From the NCBI GenBank assembly GCA_963771175.1, contig CAVYSY010000033.1, positions 224,001 through 288,000 on the forward strand: a stretch of 64,000 nucleotides of DNA, in the 5' to 3' direction. A program made the translations under genes and the position numbers. The notes beneath the pieces are model-generated. The model was given only the letters and a program-made list of their open reading frames with translations. It was not told the DNA's origin and searched no databases. Source of the DNA: an uncultured delta proteobacterium (lineage in GTDB: Bacteria > Myxococcota > Myxococcia > Myxococcales > Myxococcaceae). This document shows positions 29,733-39,912 of this stretch, in pieces. Position 1 is the first letter of the stretch; each line of letters opens with the position of its first letter.

Positions 29733-31591
29733 ACCGGCACCTCGTAGATGCGCGTGGCGACGGAGCGGCCGTGCAGCTTGCGCTCGCCGGCGGGCACCAG
29801 TTCCAGACCGCTGTCGCCGATGCGCTCGCGCGTGGACTCGCTGACGAGGATCTGCCCGGGCTGGGCCATGGACTCGAGCCGCGCGGCCACGTTCACCGTG
29901 TCACCGATGACGGTGTACTCCATGCGCTTCTCGCTGCCGACGTTGCCCGCCACCGCGGGGCCGGTGTGGACGCCGATGGCCAGTTGGATCTCGATGCCCC
30001 AACGCTCGCGCCAGCGGCGGTTGCCCACGTCGAGCCAGCGGCGCAGGTCCTCGGCCGCCTGCACCGCACGCAGCGCGTCGTCCGGATGCGACTGGGGCGA
30101 GCCCCACACCGCCATGATGCAGTCGCCGATGAACTTGTCGATGATGCCCCCGCGCCGCTGGATGATCTCCGTGGCGATGGTGAACAGCTCGTTGAGGAGC
30201 GCGACGATGATCTCCGGGGGCTGGGACTCGGACAGCCGGGTGAAGCCCACCACGTCCGCGAAGAAGAGGGTGACCTCGCGGCGCTCGCCCCCGAGCCGCA
30301 GCTTGTCGGGATTGGACACCACCAGGTCCACCACGTCCGGAGACAGGTAGCGGCTGAGGGCCGAGCGCACCTGCGTCTGGGCAACGAGCTCGCGCTCCTT
30401 CGCATCGAGCGTCACGGCCATGCTGTCGAAGGCGCGGCCCAGCATTCCCAGCTCGTCCCCACGCCGGGAGACACGCGCGTCCACGCCCCGGAAGGTGCGC
30501 TCGGCGATGGCCCGCGTCGCCGCCACCAGGGAGCGGATGGGCCGGGTGAGGTGCCGGGCCAGGAACAGGCCGGCCAGGAGCGCGACCAGCGCGGCCACCA
30601 GGATCGCGATGAGGAAGGACCTGCGCATGTCCGACAACGACGCGTACACCACGGTATGGGGCTGCTGCACCACCACGGCCCAGCCCCGCTCGGAGAGGGC
30701 CTCCAGCGAGCCGAGCATCTCCCGGGGGCCATCCTGGAAGTCCGATATGGCCACCATGCCCGTGGTGAAGGAGGAGTCCCCGCTCAGCGCGGTGAAGAGG
30801 CCGTACTTCGAGAAGTCCTCCCGAGCCGCCACCCGGGCGGGGTCCGCGTGCAGCACGAGCCGCCGCTCCCGGTCCACGACGAACACCCCCTCGTGCGAGC
30901 CGAGGAACTTCTCGCCAAGCTCGTCCATCAGCGCGCAGAGTTCGCCGAGATTCACCTGGGTGCCGAGGATGCCGCGCACGGTGCCGTCCTCGGCGGTGAT
31001 GGGGAAGGAAGACCTCGAGCACCGGGTCGCCCTGCGCGCCGACGCGCACGCCCCGGGTCACCAGGTGCCCACCGCTGGCGAGCTCCTGGAGCAACGCGGG
31101 CTCCAGGCGGGAGGGAACGTCCGGGTCCGACCACCTCGCGCGCCTTGAGGGTCGTCACGCTCTGGCCACTCGGGGCGTACAGCGTGACGAAGTCGATGGT
31201 GGACAGGGCCCCCAACCGGGTCCCGACGAGGCCGACGCGCGTGGCGTCGTCCCCCAATCCGGGCGCGAAGAGGATCATCCCGATGCTATCGAGCTCGCGC
31301 TCGACGAGCAGCAACTTACCATGCACGGACCGCTTCACGTCTCCGACGATGGACCGGTGCAGGTCGCGCACGACATTCCTGGAGGAGGCATCCTCGTAGG
31401 TGGTCCATCATCTTCCACCCGAGTCCCACCAGCGTCGGCAGGACACAGGCCAGGATGATGAGGAACAGGCGCGTGAAGAGCGAGATGCCTCTCGGAGCCG
31501 CCGCGCCTTGCTCCTCGGGAGGAGGAGTAGGCACCTCCGTGCCGCGCTCCGCGCTGCGAGTCTCCACTACGGGGACAGGGGTCGCCGCCAT
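29729..31591 (-). CDS. Membrane class III adenylate cyclase (TM-Cache-like-TM-HAMP-AC), several frameshifts in 31000-31400
   Basis: FADVVGFT, DKFIGD, IGVHTG, EYTVIGDTVNVAARLE; HAMP DELGMLGRAFDSM; N-terminal TM in ORF 31316-31591. Confidence 0.87.
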
Positions 31592-31823
31592 CGTGTGTAA
31601 GGGGGTTCCGCGGGGCTCGGGGAGACGTCGGAAGAGGGCCCTGATTTATCACTCCCGGTAGGTGCGGAGCGAGCCTTTGACCCCCCTTGGGCCCTCGCCC
31701 GGTCCCTCGCCGAGGAGACCCCCCGAGAGCGAGGAGCCGGCCACCTCCTGACCCATCCAGGTCGGAGCCACACCCGCCGGACGCGGTACACTCCCGGCCC
31801 TCTTTCCTCTGGAGACTCTCCGA

Positions 31824-32536
31824 ATGCGCGTCGACAAGACATCCCCCGCCCACTGGCTCGCGGTGACGCTGCTGCCCCTGCTGGCCGCCTGTGGCCCCAC
31901 CGATCCCGGCGAGCCCCTGCGTGCGCTTCCGCGAGTACCAGGACGGTCTCATCACCTTCTACGTCGAGGCGGACGGCACGGGCAATTGCTCCTATTCCGC
32001 CACCCGCCAGGACCTGGACGTGGCCGCGATCTGGATCGGTCAGTTCCAGGAGAGCGCGATCTGCGGCGCGTGCGTGGAGATCGAAGGGCCGAAGGGCAGC
32101 CTGCGCGTGCGCATCGTGGACTCCTGCCCCGACTGCACCACGCCTGGCCACCTGGATCTCAGCCCGAAGGCGTTCGAGAAGCTCGCCCCCCTCGCCCGAA
32201 GGTCGCGTGAAGGTGCGCTGGCGCATGGTGACCTGCGACGTGCAGGGCCCGCTGCGCTACCGCTTCAAGGAAGGCAGCAGCCAGTGGTGGACCGGCATCC
32301 AGGTGTTCAACCACCGCATCCCCGTGACGAAGCTCGAGTACTGGAAGAACGGCGCCTGGGTGGCGGTGAAGCGCGAGAGCTACAACTACTTCGTCGAGCC
32401 CAACGGAATGGGCGAAGGCCAGATCAAGGTGCGGGTGACGGCCATGGATGGGCAGACGCTGGAGGACACCCTCCCCGGGGCGGTCGCCGACAACAGCAAG
32501 ATTTTCGACGGGGCCGCACAGTTCAAGTCCAACTGA
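31824..32536 (+). CDS. Bacterial expansin (EXLX-like) lipoprotein, split by two frameshifts
   Basis: Lipobox LLAAC; GNCS, CGACVEIEGPKG, VDSCPDC..GHLDLS, KEGSSQWW, YNYF. Confidence 0.83.
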
Positions 32537-32556
32537 AAACGTGAAAGAGTCGAGCC

Positions 32557-35136
32557 ATGGGAGCAGTCGAGTCGGGGACCATGGCTTCACCCATTGCGAA
32601 GCGCCGTCTGGAGCTGGCGACCCAGTTCCACGGCCGCGTGGGCGAACTGTTGCGCTTGGAGCCCGGCAGGCTGCGCTTCTCGCTGGGCGTGTCGCTGGCG
32701 GACCTCCGTCTCCCCTTCCACGTCACCCCGGAGGCCGCGGCGCTCTTCCCGCAGGGGGCACGCCAGCTCGCGATGATGCTGCTGTCGCGGCACCGGGAGC
32801 TGGTCGGCACGGGCGAGTTCGACCGCTTCCTCCTGGTGGAGGAGTACTCCACCCTGCCCGCGCTGCCTCCGACGCTGTCGCCCGCCTCGGGAGGCCCGCT
32901 CACACGCGCGACCGCGGACCTGGCGACGCTCGCCCACCCGCTGCTGACCGGCGGAGTGATGGCCGCCTGGCTGGGACCGGGAGGTGGAGGCCGCTCGCTG
33001 GTGGCCCTGGTCATCGAGCTGCTGCGACGCGCCTTCGCGGAGATGAAGGAGTCGCGCGGGCGCGAGGAGACGCCGGCCCTGGTGGCGCTGATGCTGTCCT
33101 CGCAGCTCCCCAGCGTGGAGGTGGCCCTGCGCGCGTTGGAGCTACCGCCCTCGGTGCAGCGCCAGCTCCTCACGGCCGCGTCCACGGGCCTGTACCTCGC
33201 CCTGCGCCTGGGAGTGGACAGCGCGCTGCGAGAGGCCCAGCCCTCCGAGGATCTCTCCACGCGCATCGAGTCGGCGCTGGGGCCCATGGGGGTGATGGGC
33301 GGCACGAAACCGCTGCTGACCGGTGGCTCCACGCTCTACGGCTGTGAGCTGCTGGCTGGAGTCCCCGACGCGGAGAAGCTGGTGGCCCAGTACCCTGGCG
33401 GCCTGCCGGTGGACGCGGTGCGGGCCACGCTGGAGCAGGCGATCGCGAGCGACGACGCGGTGGCCCGCCGGGCCGAGCTGGCGGTGGGACTGGGAGTCCT
33501 GCGCGAAAGCCTGGTGAACGCGGTACGGCTGGGCGAGGGCGGTGCCTACAAGTCGGCCCTGACGCAGCACCTGCGGGAGCTCGCCATGCGCCCCGCCGCG
33601 CTGACGGCCTTCCTCGCCGAGGACAAGTCGCGCAAGCAGATGGCGAAGGATTTGAGGGCCTACGCGGAGACGCTGAAGGGCCCCGCGGCCGAGGCGCTGC
33701 TCGGCCTCGCCCATGGCTTCAAGGAGTACACGACCCGGGAGCCAGCCGCCGCCGCCGGACTCTCTCGCATGGGAGCCCACGCCCGCTACGCCGAGGTCGC
33801 CACCGCCTTCGTCTGTGACTTGTGGATGGAGCGCTCGCTGTTTCCGCTGCGGCGCATGCTGTACCCGCGCACCGGCGACGAGGCGGAGGGCGGGCTGGAG
33901 GCGGAGTACCAGACCGGGCGGCTCTACAAGCTCTCCACGCGCCCCGAGCCCCTGCTGCGCTCGGCGGTGAGCGCGCCCGTGGCGCACCTGTTCGTGGACG
34001 TGAAGGACTTCACCCGGCGCACGCAGCTCCTCGGCGGGGCGGCGATGGCGGACTTCCTCCGGCGGGAGTTCTACCTGCCCATCCTCGCCTCGGCGAAGGC
34101 GCACTACGGGGGCATGGTGCAGCTCGCGGACAGGGGTGGCGTCTCGGTCAACAACCTGCTGGGGGACGCGCTCTCGCTGTGCGGGACGGTGGACCGGCTG
34201 GTGGAGCTCGCGAGGGACATCCGGAGCCACCTGGTGGCCTACGAGAAGCGCCTGGCCCAGACCATCTCCCGCGAGCAGGTGGAAGCGGCGCTGAAGGCCA
34301 TCGAGGAAGAGTACGAGCGCAAGCTGAAGACGGCCCGCCCCGGCCTGAGGCCCCTCCTCCTGCGCGAGAAGGAGTCGGCCCTGGCGCGCGGCCGGGGCGA
34401 GGGACTGGAAGCGGGCGTGTTCCTCTCCTTCGGTCCGGCGCCGCTGATCATCACGCTGAATGACGACGTGTTCGGCCACTCCAAGGTGGCGATCGCGGAC
34501 CGTATCAACGAGAGCGCCCGAGGCACGGCCCGCTCCGGGGCGGCGCGAGCGAAGGCGGACGCCCAGCTCGCGCAAGAGCGGCAGCGGCGGAGCAATCCCT
34601 CGCTGGAGCATCCCTGGCTGGTGTTCGTGGGCGCGCCGCTATCCGTGCAGGTCCCCTACGCGGCCGAGGCCGAGGCGCGCGCGGCGCTGAAGGCGGGCGA
34701 CACGGCGGCGGCGATGCGGGCGCTGGAGCAGGCGGTGCGCGATGCGTTGGAGGACGCCGCGAAGCACGGGGAGGACGGCCCGGGAGACATCTACAACTCG
34801 GGCGTCGCGCTCTCCGAGGAGACGCTGCTGGCCTACCAGGAGGCGGTGGGAGACAAGCGGTTCTTCTGCCAGCTCCAGGTGGCGCCGGAGACGCTGCACC
34901 CGAGCATCCAGGAGCGCTACTTCTTCCCGCCCGAGCCCCTGCGGCTGACGGTGGGCTTCCACCCGACCGGCGAGCTGGCGGAGGTGTTCCGCTTCGCCGG
35001 CCGGGTGATGTTCAAGGGACTGGAGAGGAAGGGCGGGCTCGGAGTCTGGGAGCTGGTGGACCAGCACGGCGTGGGCCAGCTCTTCGCACGGCACCACGCC
35101 TCGGAGTGGCTCCGGGCCCGCTGGATGGAGTCCTGA
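32557..35136 (+). CDS. Large cytoplasmic protein with divergent class III nucleotide cyclase-like C-terminal half
   Basis: LFVDVKDFT, NNLLGDAL, GVFLSFGP, IADRINESAR, VALSEETL in cyclase motif order. Confidence 0.65.
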   Translation: MGAVESGTMASPIAKRRLELATQFHGRVGELLRLEPGRLRFSLGVSLADLRLPFHVTPEAAALFPQGARQLAMMLLSRHRELVGTGEFDRFLLVEEYSTLPALPPTLSPASGGPLTRATADLATLAHPLLTGGVMAAWLGPGGGGRSLVALVIELLRRAFAEMKESRGREETPALVALMLSSQLPSVEVALRALELPPSVQRQLLTAASTGLYLALRLGVDSALREAQPSEDLSTRIESALGPMGVMGGTKPLLTGGSTLYGCELLAGVPDAEKLVAQYPGGLPVDAVRATLEQAIASDDAVARRAELAVGLGVLRESLVNAVRLGEGGAYKSALTQHLRELAMRPAALTAFLAEDKSRKQMAKDLRAYAETLKGPAAEALLGLAHGFKEYTTREPAAAAGLSRMGAHARYAEVATAFVCDLWMERSLFPLRRMLYPRTGDEAEGGLEAEYQTGRLYKLSTRPEPLLRSAVSAPVAHLFVDVKDFTRRTQLLGGAAMADFLRREFYLPILASAKAHYGGMVQLADRGGVSVNNLLGDALSLCGTVDRLVELARDIRSHLVAYEKRLAQTISREQVEAALKAIEEEYERKLKTARPGLRPLLLREKESALARGRGEGLEAGVFLSFGPAPLIITLNDDVFGHSKVAIADRINESARGTARSGAARAKADAQLAQERQRRSNPSLEHPWLVFVGAPLSVQVPYAAEAEARAALKAGDTAAAMRALEQAVRDALEDAAKHGEDGPGDIYNSGVALSEETLLAYQEAVGDKRFFCQLQVAPETLHPSIQERYFFPPEPLRLTVGFHPTGELAEVFRFAGRVMFKGLERKGGLGVWELVDQHGVGQLFARHHASEWLRARWMES

Positions 35137-36087
35137 CTACAGGCGCTGGAGGGCGAAGCTCGAGCGGATCTTCGTGCCGCCCATGCCGCCCATGGACTGG
35201 TCAATGGTCTGGGTGCCCTCGATGCGGACGAGCCGGCCGGCGGCCACGTCGAAACCGCCGGTGACGTCGAGGTCCACCTTCATGCCCTCGGCCTGGGCCT
35301 CGGTGGGAACCTCGGCCTTCTGGGCCACGACGGTGCGGAGCTGCACGAGGCTGTCCTCCATGGCGGCGAGGGTCGTCCTCATGGCGCCCATGGGGGAGGT
35401 CACCTCGTAGCTGCCGCCCGGAGAGAGGTCTCCCTCGGGGAGCACCATCATCTCGAAGATGTGCTTCGGGAGGACGTCGACGGAGGGGTCCTCCTCCTTC
35501 ACCTGGACCGCCTTGAGCGCCGGAGGGACCTTCTTCTCGTCCATGGCGAGGGAGACGGAGCCGGTCTTCGGATCCACCGCGGCCACCACGCTGACGCGCG
35601 TGTCGCCCGCCGTCAGCGTGGCGGGCACCCCCACCACGGTGCGGCCTTCCTGCAGGTAGACCGTCACCATCCGGTAGAACTTCGCGTGGCCCTTGCGGTC
35701 CACCTCGGCCTTCACCTTCTTGGCGGCGGCGGGAATCTTGTCGAGGGCGGTGACGCGCTTGTCGCCGCTGATCAGGGCCATCTTCTCCAGGGTCAGCTCC
35801 ACCTCGGCGGAGCCGTCCGGCCGCACCGCGAGCACCTTCTGGCTGAAGGTGGACTGGAGCTTCATGCGGACGTTCATGCCAGCGGCGCCCATGTTCATGC
35901 CGGGCATCTGCATGCCGCCCATGTCGGCGCCCATGCCGGGCATCTTCATCTCGATGGTCGAGTCATCCTCATACTGGAAGCGGTGAACGTCGCCCTTCTT
36001 CCACGTGTAGTTCAGCTCCACGGCGGAAGCGGAGCCGGAGGCGAGCAGGGCCAGGACGGCCGCGAGACTGCGAGAACCATGACGCAT
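35137..36087 (-). CDS. Secreted hypothetical protein with Met/Gly-rich linker
   Basis: Signal MRHGSRSLAAVLALLASGSASA; GC3-rich codon usage. Confidence 0.75.
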   Translation of the reverse strand: MRHGSRSLAAVLALLASGSASAVELNYTWKKGDVHRFQYEDDSTIEMKMPGMGADMGGMQMPGMNMGAAGMNVRMKLQSTFSQKVLAVRPDGSAEVELTLEKMALISGDKRVTALDKIPAAAKKVKAEVDRKGHAKFYRMVTVYLQEGRTVVGVPATLTAGDTRVSVVAAVDPKTGSVSLAMDEKKVPPALKAVQVKEEDPSVDVLPKHIFEMMVLPEGDLSPGGSYEVTSPMGAMRTTLAAMEDSLVQLRTVVAQKAEVPTEAQAEGMKVDLDVTGGFDVAAGRLVRIEGTQTIDQSMGGMGGTKIRSSFALQRL

Positions 36088-36213
36088 GAGGATTCCCCCT
36101 CCCAGGGGAAGACGGAGAGCCAGGTGCCCCCCGCCACATTCAGGACTGCCAGGTACGGCGCTCCAGACGACGCCCCGCCGGAAATATTCCGCGCGCTGGC
36201 CTAGACTGGGGCC

Positions 36214-37011
36214 GTGACGGACGCGACCGACACCCTCCTCGACGGCACCCACACCGTGCTCACCCCCGAGTACGTGGAGTTCCGCTTCACGCTCGCGGGC
36301 ATCTACTCGCGCTTCCTGGCGTTGCTGCTGGACACGCTCCTCATCCTCTTCGGCACGGGCATGGTGCTCACCGGGCTCCAGCTCGTGATGCTCGCCTTCC
36401 CCGGCTTCGGCAGCGCGCTGGCCATCGTCGTCTACTTCCTGGTGGACTGGGGCTACGGCATCGTCCTGGAGACGGCCTGGAGCGGGCAGACGGTGGGCAA
36501 GCGGGTGATGGGCCTGCGCGTCATCCAGCAGAGCGGCGTGCGCATCGGCTTCTACCACGCGGCGCTGCGCAACCTGGCGCGGCCGGTGGACAAGCTGCCC
36601 ATCCTCTACATGGTGGGTGGGGTGACGGCGCTGCTGTCCGGCTCACACCAGCGGCTGGGGGACATGCTCGCGGGCACCATCGTGGTGCGCGAGCGCCGCC
36701 TCAAGGCCCCCTCGGCCATTGGCGTCCCGGCCGGCGAGGGACTGCTGGCGGATCCGCTCTTCGTCTCGCGGGTGAAGCGGCTGAGCGCCGAGGCCCGGGA
36801 GCTGGTGCTCTCCGCGGCCCTGCGGCGCGAGGAGCTGCGGATGGAGGCCCGCCTGCGCCTCTTCTCCGCGCTGGGCACGAAGCTGCAGGAGCTGCTGGAC
36901 ATGGAGAAGCCGGCCCACCTCTCGGACGAGAAGTGGGCCCTGCTGGTGGCCGCGGCCCTGCTGCCCTCCCCCGGCGCGAAGACCGGGGGACGGGCGCGCG
37001 CGGTGGCCTAG
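36214..37011 (+). CDS. RDD family membrane protein
   Basis: TPEYVE..LAG..SRFLALLLD, GQTVGKR, QRLGDMLAGT. Confidence 0.9.
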   Translation: MTDATDTLLDGTHTVLTPEYVEFRFTLAGIYSRFLALLLDTLLILFGTGMVLTGLQLVMLAFPGFGSALAIVVYFLVDWGYGIVLETAWSGQTVGKRVMGLRVIQQSGVRIGFYHAALRNLARPVDKLPILYMVGGVTALLSGSHQRLGDMLAGTIVVRERRLKAPSAIGVPAGEGLLADPLFVSRVKRLSAEARELVLSAALRREELRMEARLRLFSALGTKLQELLDMEKPAHLSDEKWALLVAAALLPSPGAKTGGRARAVA

Positions 37012-37523
37012 AAGTAGACGGCCGTGCCCGCGGACAGGATGAGCGAGGTCTGCACATCCTCCGACAGCGATACGTAGGCGTTGTACTGCGCCCGCGCCCC
37101 GACACTGATGGAGTCCGACACGAAGAACTCGACGCCCGCGTTGGGCCCCACGCCCACGAAGTTCGAGTCCCCCTGCGGCTTGAAGACGTGCAGGTAGCTC
37201 AGGTCCGCGCCCACATAGGGACGGATGGACTCTTCCAGGAAGAGGTAGCGGATGCCGAGCGACGGGGCCAGGCCCACCACCCGGTTGCCGGTGATGGGAT
37301 CCTTCGGGAAGGAAATCTTCGTCAGCGAGACGACCTCGAAGCCGCTCTCGATGTAGAGGGTGGCGTCGAAGCCGAGGAACGCGGTGCTGTTGAGGCTGGC
37401 CGTGCCGTTGAAGTTCATATAACCCGCCGACAGGCCGAGGCTGCGGTTGGCGAACTGGGCGTGGGCGGGAGCGGCCGCGAAGAGGGCTACCGAAATACCG
37501 AGGGCGTAGAGAAACGAGCGCAT
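37008..37523 (-). CDS. Small outer-membrane beta-barrel protein
   Basis: Signal ending AHA; RPYVGA; terminal YF beta-signal. Confidence 0.78.
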   Translation of the reverse strand: MRSFLYALGISVALFAAAPAHAQFANRSLGLSAGYMNFNGTASLNSTAFLGFDATLYIESGFEVVSLTKISFPKDPITGNRVVGLAPSLGIRYLFLEESIRPYVGADLSYLHVFKPQGDSNFVGVGPNAGVEFFVSDSISVGARAQYNAYVSLSEDVQTSLILSAGTAVYF

Positions 37524-37638
37524 GGCCCCGGACTCTAGCGCCCCTGACGTGGGGGCTAAACCCCCGAAACCGCGAGCCTTCCTCCGACACGGGGGGCGTT
37601 GATCCGGGAGGGGGGCCTCTCCTACACTCCCCCCCGTC

Positions 37639-38694
37639 ATGCCCTCCCTTCGCTCCGCGCTCGTCATCCCCCTGCTCCTGGCCGCCGGCTGCATCAAGAC
37701 GCCGCCCCCGTCCGATCGGGCCCTCGTCAACAACGAGCTGTGCACCCAGCAGCTCGCCGCCGGAGACCTCAAGCAGGCCGAGGTCTACTGCGACCTGGGC
37801 CTCGAGTTCGCCCCGCAGTACGCGGACCTGTGGGTGAACAAGGGCCTCATCTCCATGTACGCCGGCGACAAGAGCAAGGCCAAGGAGCACTTCATCAAGG
37901 CCATCCGCTTCAACCAGGAGCACGCCGCCGCCTACATGAACCTCGGCAAGCTGTACCTGGATGAGCATGCGTTCGGGAAGGCGCACGACAGCTTCCAGCG
38001 CGCACTCAAGGTGAACCCGGACTACATCGAGGCCCGGTACAACCTGGGGCTCACCTTCATCAACCTGAACAAGCTGGAGAGGGCGGAGAAGGAGTTCCTC
38101 ACCCTGCTGGTCATCAACCCCAACCTCGCCGAGGTCCACCACGACCTGGGCATCGTCCGCTACCGCCAGGATCGCAAGGAAGAGGCGACGGAGGAGATGA
38201 ACAAGGCCGTCCAGCTCGCCCCCAACCTGAGCGCGGACTGGTGGAACGATCTGGGCGCGGTGCTGATGGAGCTCAGCCGCTTCGATGAAGCCAAGCAGGC
38301 CTTCGGGAGCTGCGTGGCCCTCAACGACAAGCACCCGCAGTGCCTCAGCAACCTGAGCATCTCCCAGCGCAAGGGGGCCCTCACGGACCAGGCGCTCAAG
38401 AACTACCGCGACACGCAGAAGGCGCAGAACGACCCCGCCGCCCTCTTCGAGCTCGCGCGCCAGTACAAGGAGAAGGGGCTGGTGTCCGAGGAGACGCGCG
38501 CCTACAAGGACTGCCTCAAGCTGGACGGCAAGTTCGCCCCCTGCCACTACGGCCTCTTCCAGGTGTACTCGGACGGCCACCAGCGCGAGGCGGCCCAGGT
38601 GGCCTGCAAGAACTTCCTCAAGTACGGCTCGGTGGAGGAGTTCCCCTCCGAGATGGAGACGTGTGAGAAGTTCCTCAGCGCGCAGTCGTACTAA
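37639..38694 (+). CDS. TPR lipoprotein (Tgl/PilF pilotin-like)
   Basis: Lipobox LAAGC; multiple TPR repeats (AYMNLG, ARYNLG, HHDLG, WNDLG). Confidence 0.85.
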   Translation: MPSLRSALVIPLLLAAGCIKTPPPSDRALVNNELCTQQLAAGDLKQAEVYCDLGLEFAPQYADLWVNKGLISMYAGDKSKAKEHFIKAIRFNQEHAAAYMNLGKLYLDEHAFGKAHDSFQRALKVNPDYIEARYNLGLTFINLNKLERAEKEFLTLLVINPNLAEVHHDLGIVRYRQDRKEEATEEMNKAVQLAPNLSADWWNDLGAVLMELSRFDEAKQAFGSCVALNDKHPQCLSNLSISQRKGALTDQALKNYRDTQKAQNDPAALFELARQYKEKGLVSEETRAYKDCLKLDGKFAPCHYGLFQVYSDGHQREAAQVACKNFLKYGSVEEFPSEMETCEKFLSAQSY

Positions 38695-38724
38695 CGCCAG
38701 CCCTCGAACTCCCCCGCCATCGCG

Positions 38725-39846
38725 ATGAGCGTCAGGCTTACCGTCAAGCAGAGCAGTGAGGCCGGAGGCAAGGCCACCGAGCACGTCCTGGACGATGCCG
38801 TCATCACCCTGGGCCGCGACAAGAGCTGCCAGGTGGTGCTGGCGCAGCAGGCCGTATCGCGCAACCACGCGCGCATCACCCAGGAGGGCAACCTCTTCTT
38901 CCTGGAGGACCTGGGCAGTGCCTATGGCACCCAGGTGAACGGCAAGCCGCTGCCCAAGGGAGAGAAGCGGCTGCTGCGCAATGGCGACGTCATCGTCATC
39001 GCCCAGTTCGACGTCCGCTTCGACAAGGTGGCGGACCTGCCGCACGACGTGGAGTCGCAGAAGACGTCCTTCGTCGCCCGCAACATGGTGAAGGACGTGA
39101 TGCGGGGACTGTCGGGCGGCGAGGAGCGCTACCTCCGGGTGATGAACGGCCCGCGCGAGGGCGAGCGCCTCGAGATCACCGACGCGCAGGAGTTCGTCAT
39201 CGGCCGGGACGACTCGGCGGACGTCATCTTCCGGGACGATCTCATCTCCCGCCGCCACGTGAAGGTGCGGCGCGACTGGTCCGGAACGCACGTGGAGGAC
39301 CTGGGCAGCCGCAACGGCATCAAGGTCAACCGCAAGCGGACCAGCCACAAGACGCTCCGCGACGGCGACGAGTTGGAAGTGGGTGGCGTGCGGTTCGTCT
39401 ACATCTGTCCGTCCGAGGCGCCCGAGGAGCAGGCCGAGAACCTCTCCAGCCTGAGCCCGGCAGCGCCAAGCACGAAGGAGGAAGGCGGCTCGACGCAGGC
39501 GCTGCCAGCAGTGCGAGAGCGCACGCCGCCCAAGCGTAGCTCCACCGCGATGGACAAGTCCGCGAGTCAGGCGGAGCCGGCGGAGGCCGCTGAGGAGCCC
39601 GCCACCCGCGAGGCCGCCGAGGAGCCCGCGGCGGAGCCGGAGGAGCAGCAGGCCGCCCAGGAGGAGCCTCCCGAGGAGGAGCTGGAGCAGAAGAGCTCGC
39701 CCAGGCAGCCGGCCTCCCGCAACGAGCCCGCCGATGATGCGGCGGCGGCGGTGAAGGACCCCAAGCGGCTCATCCCGCTGGTGGTGCTGGGCGTCATCGG
39801 TCTGGCGGCAGTGGGCGTGCTGATCGCCCTGTTCATGGGCGTCTGA
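38725..39846 (+). CDS. Double FHA-domain protein with C-terminal TM anchor
   Basis: Two FHA signatures (LGR..VSRNHA..DLGSAYGT; IGR..ISRRH..DLGSRNG); acidic linker; terminal TM. Confidence 0.9.
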   Translation: MSVRLTVKQSSEAGGKATEHVLDDAVITLGRDKSCQVVLAQQAVSRNHARITQEGNLFFLEDLGSAYGTQVNGKPLPKGEKRLLRNGDVIVIAQFDVRFDKVADLPHDVESQKTSFVARNMVKDVMRGLSGGEERYLRVMNGPREGERLEITDAQEFVIGRDDSADVIFRDDLISRRHVKVRRDWSGTHVEDLGSRNGIKVNRKRTSHKTLRDGDELEVGGVRFVYICPSEAPEEQAENLSSLSPAAPSTKEEGGSTQALPAVRERTPPKRSSTAMDKSASQAEPAEAAEEPATREAAEEPAAEPEEQQAAQEEPPEEELEQKSSPRQPASRNEPADDAAAAVKDPKRLIPLVVLGVIGLAAVGVLIALFMGV

Positions 39847-39912
39847 GCCTCGACCCCCGTCCAGGCCTCCTCCCGGCCGCGAACACCCGCCGGGAGGAGT
39901 GCCGTCCCTGAC

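Noticed and set aside
35870..35950. Met-rich stretch as a copper-binding motif
   Set aside because: No metal-homeostasis context or His/Cys ligands; more simply a flexible linker
36643..39348. Long antisense or alternative-frame ORFs (also 51857-54523, 5028-7337, 61156-63534)
   Set aside because: Shadow ORFs expected in ~70% GC DNA opposite well-supported genes; no motifs
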